Part shown: positions 27,023-34,375 of the stretch, one piece after another
How positions within the stretch are numbered: the first letter of the stretch is position 1
How the letters are laid out: each line of letters opens with the position of its first letter
NCBI GenBank assembly: GCA_022072025.1
Contig: JAJVIP010000001.1
Span: 4,729 to 68,728, forward strand
Source: Elusimicrobiota bacterium
GTDB taxonomy: Bacteria > Elusimicrobiota > Elusimicrobia > F11
DNA: 64,000 nucleotides
Direction: 5' to 3'
The notes under the pieces: model-generated
Told to the model about the DNA's origin: nothing
Seen by the model: only the letters and a program-made list of their open reading frames with translations
Databases searched by the model: none
Program-made: the position numbers and the translations under genes

Positions 27023-27678
27023 ATGGGCATGATGGGTGATTTGGGAGGGGTGGGTGGCTTTTGAGACCCCTCTTCCCCATTGGATCCGCCAACCCCTTTC
27101 AATCGGCTCACTTCTTTTTCCAGAACAATTACATGTTCCGCCAATTTAAGAAGTTTCTGTGTGAATTCAGCAGGGTTCATGGGCGCTTCTTTCAGTTCAT
27201 TGGTTTCAAGTTTTGCAGAGGCCGTTCGAGCCAATGATTCCATTTCACTTTCCATTTGGGCCACTTTACGGTTCAGTGTTTTAATTTGGGAAAAAACGAT
27301 TTCAATCTGACCTTGGATTTCGGCGGTGCCAGGCGCCATCACCACGGTTTTTTCCATATCAATTTTGGGAGCGAGAGGCGTAGGTGGTGGCGGCGGTGGT
27401 GGTGGCGGGGGGGGTGATGGTTCCATTGGTTCACTTTCCAACGGGGGTGGTTCTGGGCTTCTAGAGGATGGTTCATCCTGAGGTTCCAGTGGGGTCGGAG
27501 AATTTTCTGGTTCAGAGTTAAACAGGGGGTCTGCTTCTGTCTTTTTTGGGCATCGAATATATTTTAAGAGCGCCACCAAAAAAACAAAAGGACATACCAG
27601 CAATAAAATGGTCGCGATCATCAAGAGGGGATCGCCCAATATCGTTTGATAGTTTAAATTTAAAAGTTTTTCGATCAT
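27019..27678 (-). CDS. Hypothetical membrane protein with a poly-Pro tract and coiled coil
   Basis: 219 aa. It has a TM segment (LLMIATILLLVCPFVFLVALL), an acidic Pro-rich region ending in a long uninterrupted poly-Pro run, then a coiled coil. Its stop overlaps the next gene's start. Confidence 0.6.
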   Translation of the reverse strand: MIEKLLNLNYQTILGDPLLMIATILLLVCPFVFLVALLKYIRCPKKTEADPLFNSEPENSPTPLEPQDEPSSRSPEPPPLESEPMEPSPPPPPPPPPPPTPLAPKIDMEKTVVMAPGTAEIQGQIEIVFSQIKTLNRKVAQMESEMESLARTASAKLETNELKEAPMNPAEFTQKLLKLAEHVIVLEKEVSRLKGVGGSNGEEGSQKPPTPPKSPIMPI

Positions 27679-27685
27679 ATGTTTG

Positions 27686-27756
27686 AGCGGGTGATGGGAA
27701 TCGAACCCACATCTAAAGCTTGGGAAGCTTTCATTCTACCACTGAACTACACCCGC
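27686..27756 (-). tRNA. tRNA-Gly (anticodon CCC)
   Basis: The 71-nt cloverleaf folds by hand. The acceptor is GCGGGTG/CACCCGC, the anticodon stem is AAAGC/GCTTT with loop TTCCCAA, and the T-loop is TTCGATT. CCA is not encoded. Confidence 0.9.
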
Positions 27757-27796
27757 AAATCTTAATTATCGTTGCGTCGCAATCATAGTTTTAGAT

Positions 27797-28453
27797 TTAA
27801 ATCCGCACAAGAATTTCGTTCAAACTTGAAAGCCCTCTTGAATTCTTCGGTTTGTGTAACCGGTCAATCAGATAGGCGCGAAGTCCAGCTTGTTGAGCCC
27901 CCTCTATGTCTTCTTCCAAGTCGTCTCCAATGTGAATCACTTCAAGCGGATCCAGATGGAGATCGTGAAGGGCGGTTTGAAAAAATTTTGGGTCGGGTTT
28001 AATGAGGTCGATTTGGAAAGATATGAATTGCTTCTCGAAATGGCGGCTGAGACCCAGGTCATCGAGCAATTTTGGGAGTCTTGAATCCCAATTGGAGGCC
28101 AACGCGAGACGAATGGCTCTGTTTTTTAGGGCGGTTAAGGTGTCTTCCACGTCTGGGTAGATTCTCCAGGAGTGTTTTTGTTCAAATTCTTTATAAAGCT
28201 CCTCAAAAAAAGATTCCGGAGACTGAAATTGATTCTTATCAAAAACATCGAAAACAATTTTTTTCCACCAATTTTTATCAATAGCCGTCCGTATTTTTTT
28301 ATTTTTCTTCCAACTTTCTTTGAATTTTAAATTGATTTCGTTTGGCGATTCCTTAACTCCATGCCCTTCCGCCACTTGGGCGTATATGTGTCCAACCGAC
28401 GGGTGAGGATGAATCAATGTTCCCCCCACATCAAATAACACTGCTTTAATCAA
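27797..28453 (-). CDS. HAD-superfamily hydrolase (subfamily IA)
   Basis: 218 aa. Motif I is LFDVGGTL, and the C-terminal motif is IHIGDDLEEDIEGA. Confidence 0.85.
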   Translation of the reverse strand: MIKAVLFDVGGTLIHPHPSVGHIYAQVAEGHGVKESPNEINLKFKESWKKNKKIRTAIDKNWWKKIVFDVFDKNQFQSPESFFEELYKEFEQKHSWRIYPDVEDTLTALKNRAIRLALASNWDSRLPKLLDDLGLSRHFEKQFISFQIDLIKPDPKFFQTALHDLHLDPLEVIHIGDDLEEDIEGAQQAGLRAYLIDRLHKPKNSRGLSSLNEILVRI

Positions 28454-28494
28454 GTTGACCTCTAATACAAACGCAGAAAATAAAGTTACGAAAT

Positions 28495-28581
28495 CGTCAT
28501 CCCGGCATGCCTTTGGCCGGGATCCAGGTTTTGCCTTCGAGCGTAAACCTGGGCCCCGGCCAAAGGCATGCCGGGGCGACG
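28495..28581. repeat. Inverted pair of ~34-nt hairpin repeat units
   Basis: The left unit is cgtcATcccggcatgcctttggccgggATccagg (28495-28528). The reverse complement of the right unit (28548-28581) is cgtcGCcccggcatgcctttggccgggGCccagg. Each unit has its own 8-bp stem. Confidence 0.85.
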
Positions 28582-28615
28582 GTTATCGCATGTCACTTTT
28601 CTTATTGCGTTTGTA

Positions 28616-29089
28616 TTAATAAACCTGTTTTTTCTCAAGACTTTTCCAGACCTGGAGAAGTTCCTCGCACGCAGCATTTTTTATACGCGTCAGTTGGAGA
28701 GGGCTTTTCCCCCATTGCTTCATTTTCTGATTGGAGATGGTCAATTCATTAAATCCCAACTTGTGAACGTCTTTGATGACGGTGCTGTAGACCACGCGAT
28801 TGATTCGTGCCCAGTGAAGGGCGGAAAAACACATGGGGCAAGGTTCAGTGGTGGAATAGACCACACAGCCTTCCAGGGAAAAGCTGAGTCGTTTTCGTGC
28901 GGCTTGCCTCAGAGCGTTTATTTCGGCGTGGCAGGTGGGATCTTGGTGTTTAAGAACGGTGTTACAAGCCGTCGCGAGAATTTTTTCTTTATAAACCACA
29001 ACAGCCCCGAACGGACCTCCCCAGCCTTTTCGAAGGCCTTGCAGAGCTTTTTTGGCGGCGTGATTTAGGAAATCTGTTGCTGATGCCAT
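28616..29089 (-). CDS. CDA-fold nucleoside/guanine deaminase (zinc-dependent)
   Basis: 157 aa with GGPFGAVVV, CHAE and PCPMC zinc motifs. Its size and N-terminus resemble the guanine deaminase / TadA-like group. Confidence 0.8.
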   Translation of the reverse strand: MASATDFLNHAAKKALQGLRKGWGGPFGAVVVYKEKILATACNTVLKHQDPTCHAEINALRQAARKRLSFSLEGCVVYSTTEPCPMCFSALHWARINRVVYSTVIKDVHKLGFNELTISNQKMKQWGKSPLQLTRIKNAACEELLQVWKSLEKKQVY

Positions 29090-30450
29090 GGAAGACGGGT
29101 TTTTAGATAGGAAAGAGCTTGGTTTTTGGTCGAAATTTTTCCGCCCGCTTGAGCTTCATTCAAATCAGACAAGAGCGCGCCGATAAGTGGCGAAGGCGGC
29201 AATTTAAAATTCCGCATAATGTCGTGTCCTGTCAATATTTTAGGAGGCAAGACTTTTTCTCTTTGTTGGAAGAACCGCCGCAGCATATGGAGGGTCAGTT
29301 TTTCATGCGGAGAGTTTCTTTTCTTTCTCTGCGCAGAAGTCAGATAGGTCAAATGATCTCCCAAAGAGATAAGCAACATGGCCACGGCTTCTTCACCCAA
29401 ATCACGAAAATAGCGATGGATGGCTCTATCTGAAGCGTCTCCAGTGGCAGCCAGGCTTCCGGCCCGCATGTGATGGCGAACATAATTTTCATAACGATTA
29501 ACTTCGTTTGAGGACCATCGAAAACGCGGAGTCATTTTTTTTACTTTGGCGGCCCCCACATGTTCGTGTTGGAAAAAGCGTAAGCGACCCTTCAAAACTT
29601 TCATGGTTTCTGGTTTTCCGATATCGTGGAGCAAAAGTCCCCATTTGCAATGGGCCATGCGCGGATGGCCGGAAATCTTTTCATTCAGAACAGTTTTTAA
29701 TTTGTCATTGAATCCGCGAAACCAAGAGGGATCGGCGAGAATTTCTTCAAAACATTTGATGCTGTCGAGCGTGTGTTTAAGCACTCCTCCCTTTCCATAA
29801 TGTTTCGGAGCCGTTTTACGAAGGCTTTTGGCCTCTGGAAAAATTTCATCCAGAAGACCTGTTTTTTCCATAAGAACAAGTTGAGCGTGGGCGTTGGGTG
29901 TTGAAAAAAGGCGAAGAATCTCCTCCCTCTTTCTCTCAGGCGCAGGGCGTTTGATTAAGGGGGCGTATGATTTGATGAGTCTTAAAGTGCCGGGTGAGAT
30001 ATTAAATTTCAATTCGGCCGCAATTCGAAAAATTCTGAGCAATCGAAGTGGATCTTCTTTAAATACCCGAGAAGAAAGGGGGTGCATGAGTCGTTTGTTT
30101 AAAGCGCTTAATCCGTTGTGACGGTCGATGATATGGTTTTTCCATTGGGGTGTGATCCAATGCCCCAGAGGAACGGCCATCGCGTTGAGAGAAAAGTCAC
30201 GCCGATCTAAATCCTCCGCCAAGGTCTTTCCCTGCCATTTAACGAAATCGAGATGGACTCCATTTTTTAATGCCACGCGCACAATGCCACGTTCCATGTC
30301 CATGGTAAAACAAGTGCCACCCAGATTTTGAGCCACTTTTTCAGCCAGGGGTTGTGGGTTGACGGGAAGCGTGAAGTCGATATCAAGAATCGGCCGGCCC
30401 AGAAGACGGTTACGAACCGCTCCTCCCACCACATGGATGGTTTTTTTCAC
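29065..30450 (-). CDS. cca: CCA-adding tRNA nucleotidyltransferase / poly(A) polymerase family protein with an HD domain
   Basis: 461 aa. It has the N-terminal VVGGAVRNRLLGRPILDIDF block and a downstream HD-like region (LLHDIGKP). Confidence 0.8.
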   Translation of the reverse strand: MKKTIHVVGGAVRNRLLGRPILDIDFTLPVNPQPLAEKVAQNLGGTCFTMDMERGIVRVALKNGVHLDFVKWQGKTLAEDLDRRDFSLNAMAVPLGHWITPQWKNHIIDRHNGLSALNKRLMHPLSSRVFKEDPLRLLRIFRIAAELKFNISPGTLRLIKSYAPLIKRPAPERKREEILRLFSTPNAHAQLVLMEKTGLLDEIFPEAKSLRKTAPKHYGKGGVLKHTLDSIKCFEEILADPSWFRGFNDKLKTVLNEKISGHPRMAHCKWGLLLHDIGKPETMKVLKGRLRFFQHEHVGAAKVKKMTPRFRWSSNEVNRYENYVRHHMRAGSLAATGDASDRAIHRYFRDLGEEAVAMLLISLGDHLTYLTSAQRKKRNSPHEKLTLHMLRRFFQQREKVLPPKILTGHDIMRNFKLPPSPLIGALLSDLNEAQAGGKISTKNQALSYLKTRLPWHQQQIS

Positions 30451-31967
30451 GGGCGCTTCCGCAGTTCTTTTTTGAGGATTTTTTGGAGCGCGTTTTTGGG
30501 CATTTCATCTAGGACGATAAATTCTTTTGGCATTTTGTAAGCCGCCAAATGTTTTCGACAGAGATCGAAGAGTTTGGATTTTTCAATGCTGGCCCCTTCT
30601 TTGATGGTGACAAAGGCTCGAATAATTTCATCCCCCGTTTCTTTTTCCACCTTTCCAACCACGGCGACTTCTTTAATACCCGGGTCCAAGGCAATCACGT
30701 TTTCAACTTCCTGTGGATAAACATTGAGACCCTTCACGATAATCAAATCTTTCTTCCGGTCAACGATGGTCAGGTAGCCTTCCTCATCAAGTTGTCCCAT
30801 GTCTCCTGTGATCAGCCACCCGTCTTTGGTTAAACATTCGCGTGTTTCATCGGGTTTCTTGTAGTACCCTTTCATGACATTGGCTCCGCGGACCCAAATT
30901 TCTCCTACTTCTCCCTGGTTCGTTGGATGCCCCTGATCGTCTCTCAAGCTGAGTTCAACCCCGGGCAAAGGTTTTCCAACGCTGCCCACCTTCCTTTTTT
31001 CCAAGGGATTTAATGTCACAACTGGAGCAGCTTCAGTAAGGCCATATCCTTCTAGCAGGGGTGTTCCCAAGGATTTCTCGAAAGCCAGGTGGATATTTCG
31101 TTGGAGTGGGGCCGCTCCGCTGATGCAAGCTCGAACAGGGTTGAGTTGGCGTAACAAGAAGGCTTTGACCCCTTGAATTCGAGCACCGAGCGCGGCAAAA
31201 ATTTGCGGAACTCCGACGAAAAGCGTGACTTTGTTTTCCCATATCGCCTTTATCACCGGATCAAACGGCAGCAGTGATTCAATAATCACGGTCATGGTTC
31301 CTAGTTTCATGGGGATCAGGAAACAGGCGGTCCATGAAAAAGCATGAAACAAAGGAAGCAAACACAAAAATCGATCCTGTGCGCTGAGTTGAATGGCGGC
31401 CAAACATTGATCCACATTGGATGAAAAATTTTTATGGGTCAACATCACGCCTTTGGGGAGTCCCGTGGTTCCAGAGGTGTAGAGCAGCATCATAAGGTCC
31501 TCTTCCGTGACATCATTGTCGCCGGACCATTTTTTTTCGCCGATCAAACTTGAGAATGATTTGAATTGGTTTTGTTCGCCGTCTCTGAGGAAAAAATATT
31601 TAAGGGTGGGTGTGTTTTCCGCGGCTTGTTGCACGTTTCTGAGGAATTCTTTAGCGGTGATGATCCCTTCGGCTTTGGCATCATTCAAAATCAGTTCGAT
31701 GCGGTCTCCTTTCTCTAGAAAATTGATGGGCACGGCGATGGCGCCCAATTTGGAGAGGGCCATCGATAAGACAATAAACTCCGGACAATTTCTCAAAACC
31801 AGCGCAAAGGTGGTTCCTTTTTTAACCCCCAGGATTGATAAACCCTGGGCACATTTGAGTATTCGGTCTTCCAATTCTCGATAGGTGATTTTTCCCTCTT
31901 TGGAGACCAGGGCCACATTTTCAGGGACTCGTTCTGCGTTTGTTCGTATGTAATCTGAAAGGATCAT
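30447..31967 (-). CDS. Long-chain fatty-acid--CoA ligase (AMP-binding family)
   Basis: 506 aa with the AMP-binding signature YTSGTTGLPKGV, a GYGLTE block and a late DRKKDLII block. Confidence 0.88.
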   Translation of the reverse strand: MILSDYIRTNAERVPENVALVSKEGKITYRELEDRILKCAQGLSILGVKKGTTFALVLRNCPEFIVLSMALSKLGAIAVPINFLEKGDRIELILNDAKAEGIITAKEFLRNVQQAAENTPTLKYFFLRDGEQNQFKSFSSLIGEKKWSGDNDVTEEDLMMLLYTSGTTGLPKGVMLTHKNFSSNVDQCLAAIQLSAQDRFLCLLPLFHAFSWTACFLIPMKLGTMTVIIESLLPFDPVIKAIWENKVTLFVGVPQIFAALGARIQGVKAFLLRQLNPVRACISGAAPLQRNIHLAFEKSLGTPLLEGYGLTEAAPVVTLNPLEKRKVGSVGKPLPGVELSLRDDQGHPTNQGEVGEIWVRGANVMKGYYKKPDETRECLTKDGWLITGDMGQLDEEGYLTIVDRKKDLIIVKGLNVYPQEVENVIALDPGIKEVAVVGKVEKETGDEIIRAFVTIKEGASIEKSKLFDLCRKHLAAYKMPKEFIVLDEMPKNALQKILKKELRKRP

Positions 31968-31983
31968 GCGGGAATTATAGGAC

Positions 31984-32730
31984 TTATAAAACCGGAATCG
32001 CTTCGATCAAGGATTGTGTGACAGCGGACTGAGGGCTTTTAAGCACAGATTCGACGGTTCCTTGTTCCACCGATCTTCCTTCTTTCATCACGAGAATATG
32101 ATCACAGGTATTGGCAATGACGGCCAAATCATGGGAAATGATAATTTGAGAAAATTTCCATTTCATTCTGAGATCATTGAGAAGGTTGATGATCTGGGCT
32201 TGGACTGAAATATCGAGGCTTGAAACGGGCTCGTCTGCCAACAGGAGTTTGGGGTTGGCCGCCAAAGCCCGGGCGATGGCAAACCTTTGCCGTTGGCCGC
32301 CTGAAAGTTGATGCGGATAGCGGTTGAGGAAATCCAATGGCAAACCCACATCTTCCATCAAGGATTCTCCCCCCTTCAGAGGCATTTTGAGGGCTTCCTT
32401 TAGCTGTGTTTTCAAAAGTAATTTTGGATTCAGCGATGCGAAGGGGTCCTGAAACACCATCTGAACCACACTCGCCCGTTTGAGGCGCGACATCGTCAGG
32501 AGGTCATGGGGCCCCAAAAAGGCCGAACCTGAGTCGGCGGTCAGAAAACCAGCCAAAATTTTTGAAAGAGTGGTCTTCCCGCTTCCCGATTCTCCAACGA
32601 TCCCCAAGCTTTCAGCTTGTTTCAACTCAAAACTGACGGCATCAACGGCCATGAGTGTTGTATGGGAATTTGAAAAGAACCCCTTTGAATGCGAGAAGGA
32701 TTTCCTGAGATTTTTGACCGTTAAATTCAT
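31984..32730 (-). CDS. Peptide ABC transporter ATP-binding protein (OppF/DppF-like)
   Basis: 248 aa with Walker A (GESGSGKT), the signature LSGGQRQR and Walker B (LLADEP). Confidence 0.88.
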   Translation of the reverse strand: MNLTVKNLRKSFSHSKGFFSNSHTTLMAVDAVSFELKQAESLGIVGESGSGKTTLSKILAGFLTADSGSAFLGPHDLLTMSRLKRASVVQMVFQDPFASLNPKLLLKTQLKEALKMPLKGGESLMEDVGLPLDFLNRYPHQLSGGQRQRFAIARALAANPKLLLADEPVSSLDISVQAQIINLLNDLRMKWKFSQIIISHDLAVIANTCDHILVMKEGRSVEQGTVESVLKSPQSAVTQSLIEAIPVL

Positions 32731-33548
32731 GCTCCTTCACCGATGGTGGGAAGAGGCCCTGGGTGGCGCGTCAAGGTGGGCATGCACCGGATCAAGCCTT
32801 GGGTATAGGGGTGAGTGGGGGTCGATAAAATTTGAGTGCAGTTTCCATACTCCACCAATTCCCCTTTTCTCATGACGGCAATTCTATCCGCAATATTTTT
32901 TACCAGCGCAAGATTGTGCGTCACAAATAACATGGCCATATGATTTAGCGATTGCAGCGATTTTAAGTGTTGAATAATTTCCGATTGAACCGTCACATCC
33001 AGCGCGGTGGTGGGTTCATCCGCGATTAAAAGAGAGGGGTTTCGGCATATGGCCATGGCCATCATCACGCGTTGTCTCTGACCTCCCGAAAGCTGATGGG
33101 GGTAGGAACGTGCGATACGCTCCGGGTCGTTTAGTCGAACTTTGGAGAGCATGTTCATCATCGCGGCTTCGATGTTTGTTGATCCGTCCAGCGCCAACGT
33201 TTCCTCAATTTGATCTCTGACCGTTAAAACTGGGTTTAAAGAAGAAAACGGATCTTGGAAAATGATGCCCGCCTTTTTCCCTCTGAAATTCTGCCATTCT
33301 ATCTGTGAGAAGGTGGTTAAGTTTTTTCCTTCGAATTGGATATGGCCGCTTACCGTTCTGCTTTCTCGGGGAGGCAATAATCCCATGATCGAGAGCGCTA
33401 TGGTCGATTTTCCACAACCAGATTCTCCAACCAAGGCCAAACATTCCCCTTTGTTTAAAGTGAAACTCACATTGCGGACGGCCGTGTTGGCTTCCTTTCC
33501 GTGAAAATATTCAATGGTGAGATTTTGAACGTCGAGTAAGGGAATCAT
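32727..33548 (-). CDS. Peptide ABC transporter ATP-binding protein (OppD/DppD-like)
   Basis: 273 aa with Walker A (GESGCGKS), LSGGQRQR and LIADEPTTALD. Confidence 0.88.
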   Translation of the reverse strand: MIPLLDVQNLTIEYFHGKEANTAVRNVSFTLNKGECLALVGESGCGKSTIALSIMGLLPPRESRTVSGHIQFEGKNLTTFSQIEWQNFRGKKAGIIFQDPFSSLNPVLTVRDQIEETLALDGSTNIEAAMMNMLSKVRLNDPERIARSYPHQLSGGQRQRVMMAMAICRNPSLLIADEPTTALDVTVQSEIIQHLKSLQSLNHMAMLFVTHNLALVKNIADRIAVMRKGELVEYGNCTQILSTPTHPYTQGLIRCMPTLTRHPGPLPTIGEGA

Positions 33549-34375
33549 AGGCGTGGGTCCAGAGCGTCGCGAAGTCCTTCTCCAATGAGATTAAAGGCCA
33601 GAACCGTCACGAGTATCGCGATGCCGGGAAAAACCGAAAGCCACCACGCCACATGAATAAAATCTTTGCCAGAGGTCAATACACTCCCCCATGAGGGGGC
33701 CGGGGGTTGAACGCCCAATCCCAAAAATGAAAGGGCCGATTCAGTTAGAATTGCGCTCCCAACGGAAAAAGTGGCGGCCACCAACACGGGGGATACAACG
33801 TTGGGCAGCATGTGGACCAAAAGAAGTCTCGGGGTGGAAAGCCCCAGTCCTTTGGCGGCCAACATAAAATCGCGTTCTCTCAGTGAAAGCACTTCTCCCC
33901 GCACCATTCGGGCCAATCCCGGCCAAGAAGTGAGACCAATAATAATCATCACCATCATAAGACTGGGCTTGTCCATGACGGCCAGAATCATGAGAATGAG
34001 AAACAAGGTCGGAAAGCAGAGCATCACATCAACAAAACGCATGAGAATTGCATCCATCCACCCTCTCCAATAACCAGATACAAGGCCCCACAAAGTTCCA
34101 ATGAAAATGGAAATAAAAGCGGCTAAAAAACCAATGCTCAAGGAGATGCGGGTTCCCATGAGCAGTCGGCTAAAAACGTCGCGTCCCAGCTCATCGGTGC
34201 CAAACCAATGCTTGAAAGAGGGGGCTTGAAGTCGGTTCAACAAGTTTTGTTGAAATGGATCCTGTGGGGTGATCCATGGGGCCAACAAGGCCAAGCCACA
34301 CAAAAATAAAACCATGCAGGCTCCCGTGAAGGCCATGGGATTGGATCGAAAACGTTTCCAGTAAAAAGAAAACAT
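33545..34375 (-). CDS. Peptide ABC transporter permease (OppC/DppC-like)
   Basis: 276 aa. It is multi-TM with the N-terminal 'GTDELGRDVFSRL' block typical of DppC/OppC. Confidence 0.88.
   Translation of the reverse strand: MFSFYWKRFRSNPMAFTGACMVLFLCGLALLAPWITPQDPFQQNLLNRLQAPSFKHWFGTDELGRDVFSRLLMGTRISLSIGFLAAFISIFIGTLWGLVSGYWRGWMDAILMRFVDVMLCFPTLFLILMILAVMDKPSLMMVMIIIGLTSWPGLARMVRGEVLSLRERDFMLAAKGLGLSTPRLLLVHMLPNVVSPVLVAATFSVGSAILTESALSFLGLGVQPPAPSWGSVLTSGKDFIHVAWWLSVFPGIAILVTVLAFNLIGEGLRDALDPRL

Noticed and set aside
27407-27414. A G8 homopolymer (C8 on the coding strand) inside the poly-Pro tract of the 219-aa membrane protein, considered as a possible slipped-strand phase-variation switch.
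   Set aside because: The run is simply consecutive CCC/CCN proline codons within a mixed GGN/GGC-coded tract, and it is short for a contingency locus. A single sequence cannot show length variation. It is worth checking only if population or metagenomic reads are available.
27686-27756. tRNA-Gly (and tRNA-Arg at 46631..46702) considered as possible integration sites of genomic islands.
   Set aside because: No integrase, no direct repeat of the tRNA 3' end and no phage or IS genes lie nearby. The flanking genes are ordinary housekeeping and operon genes.
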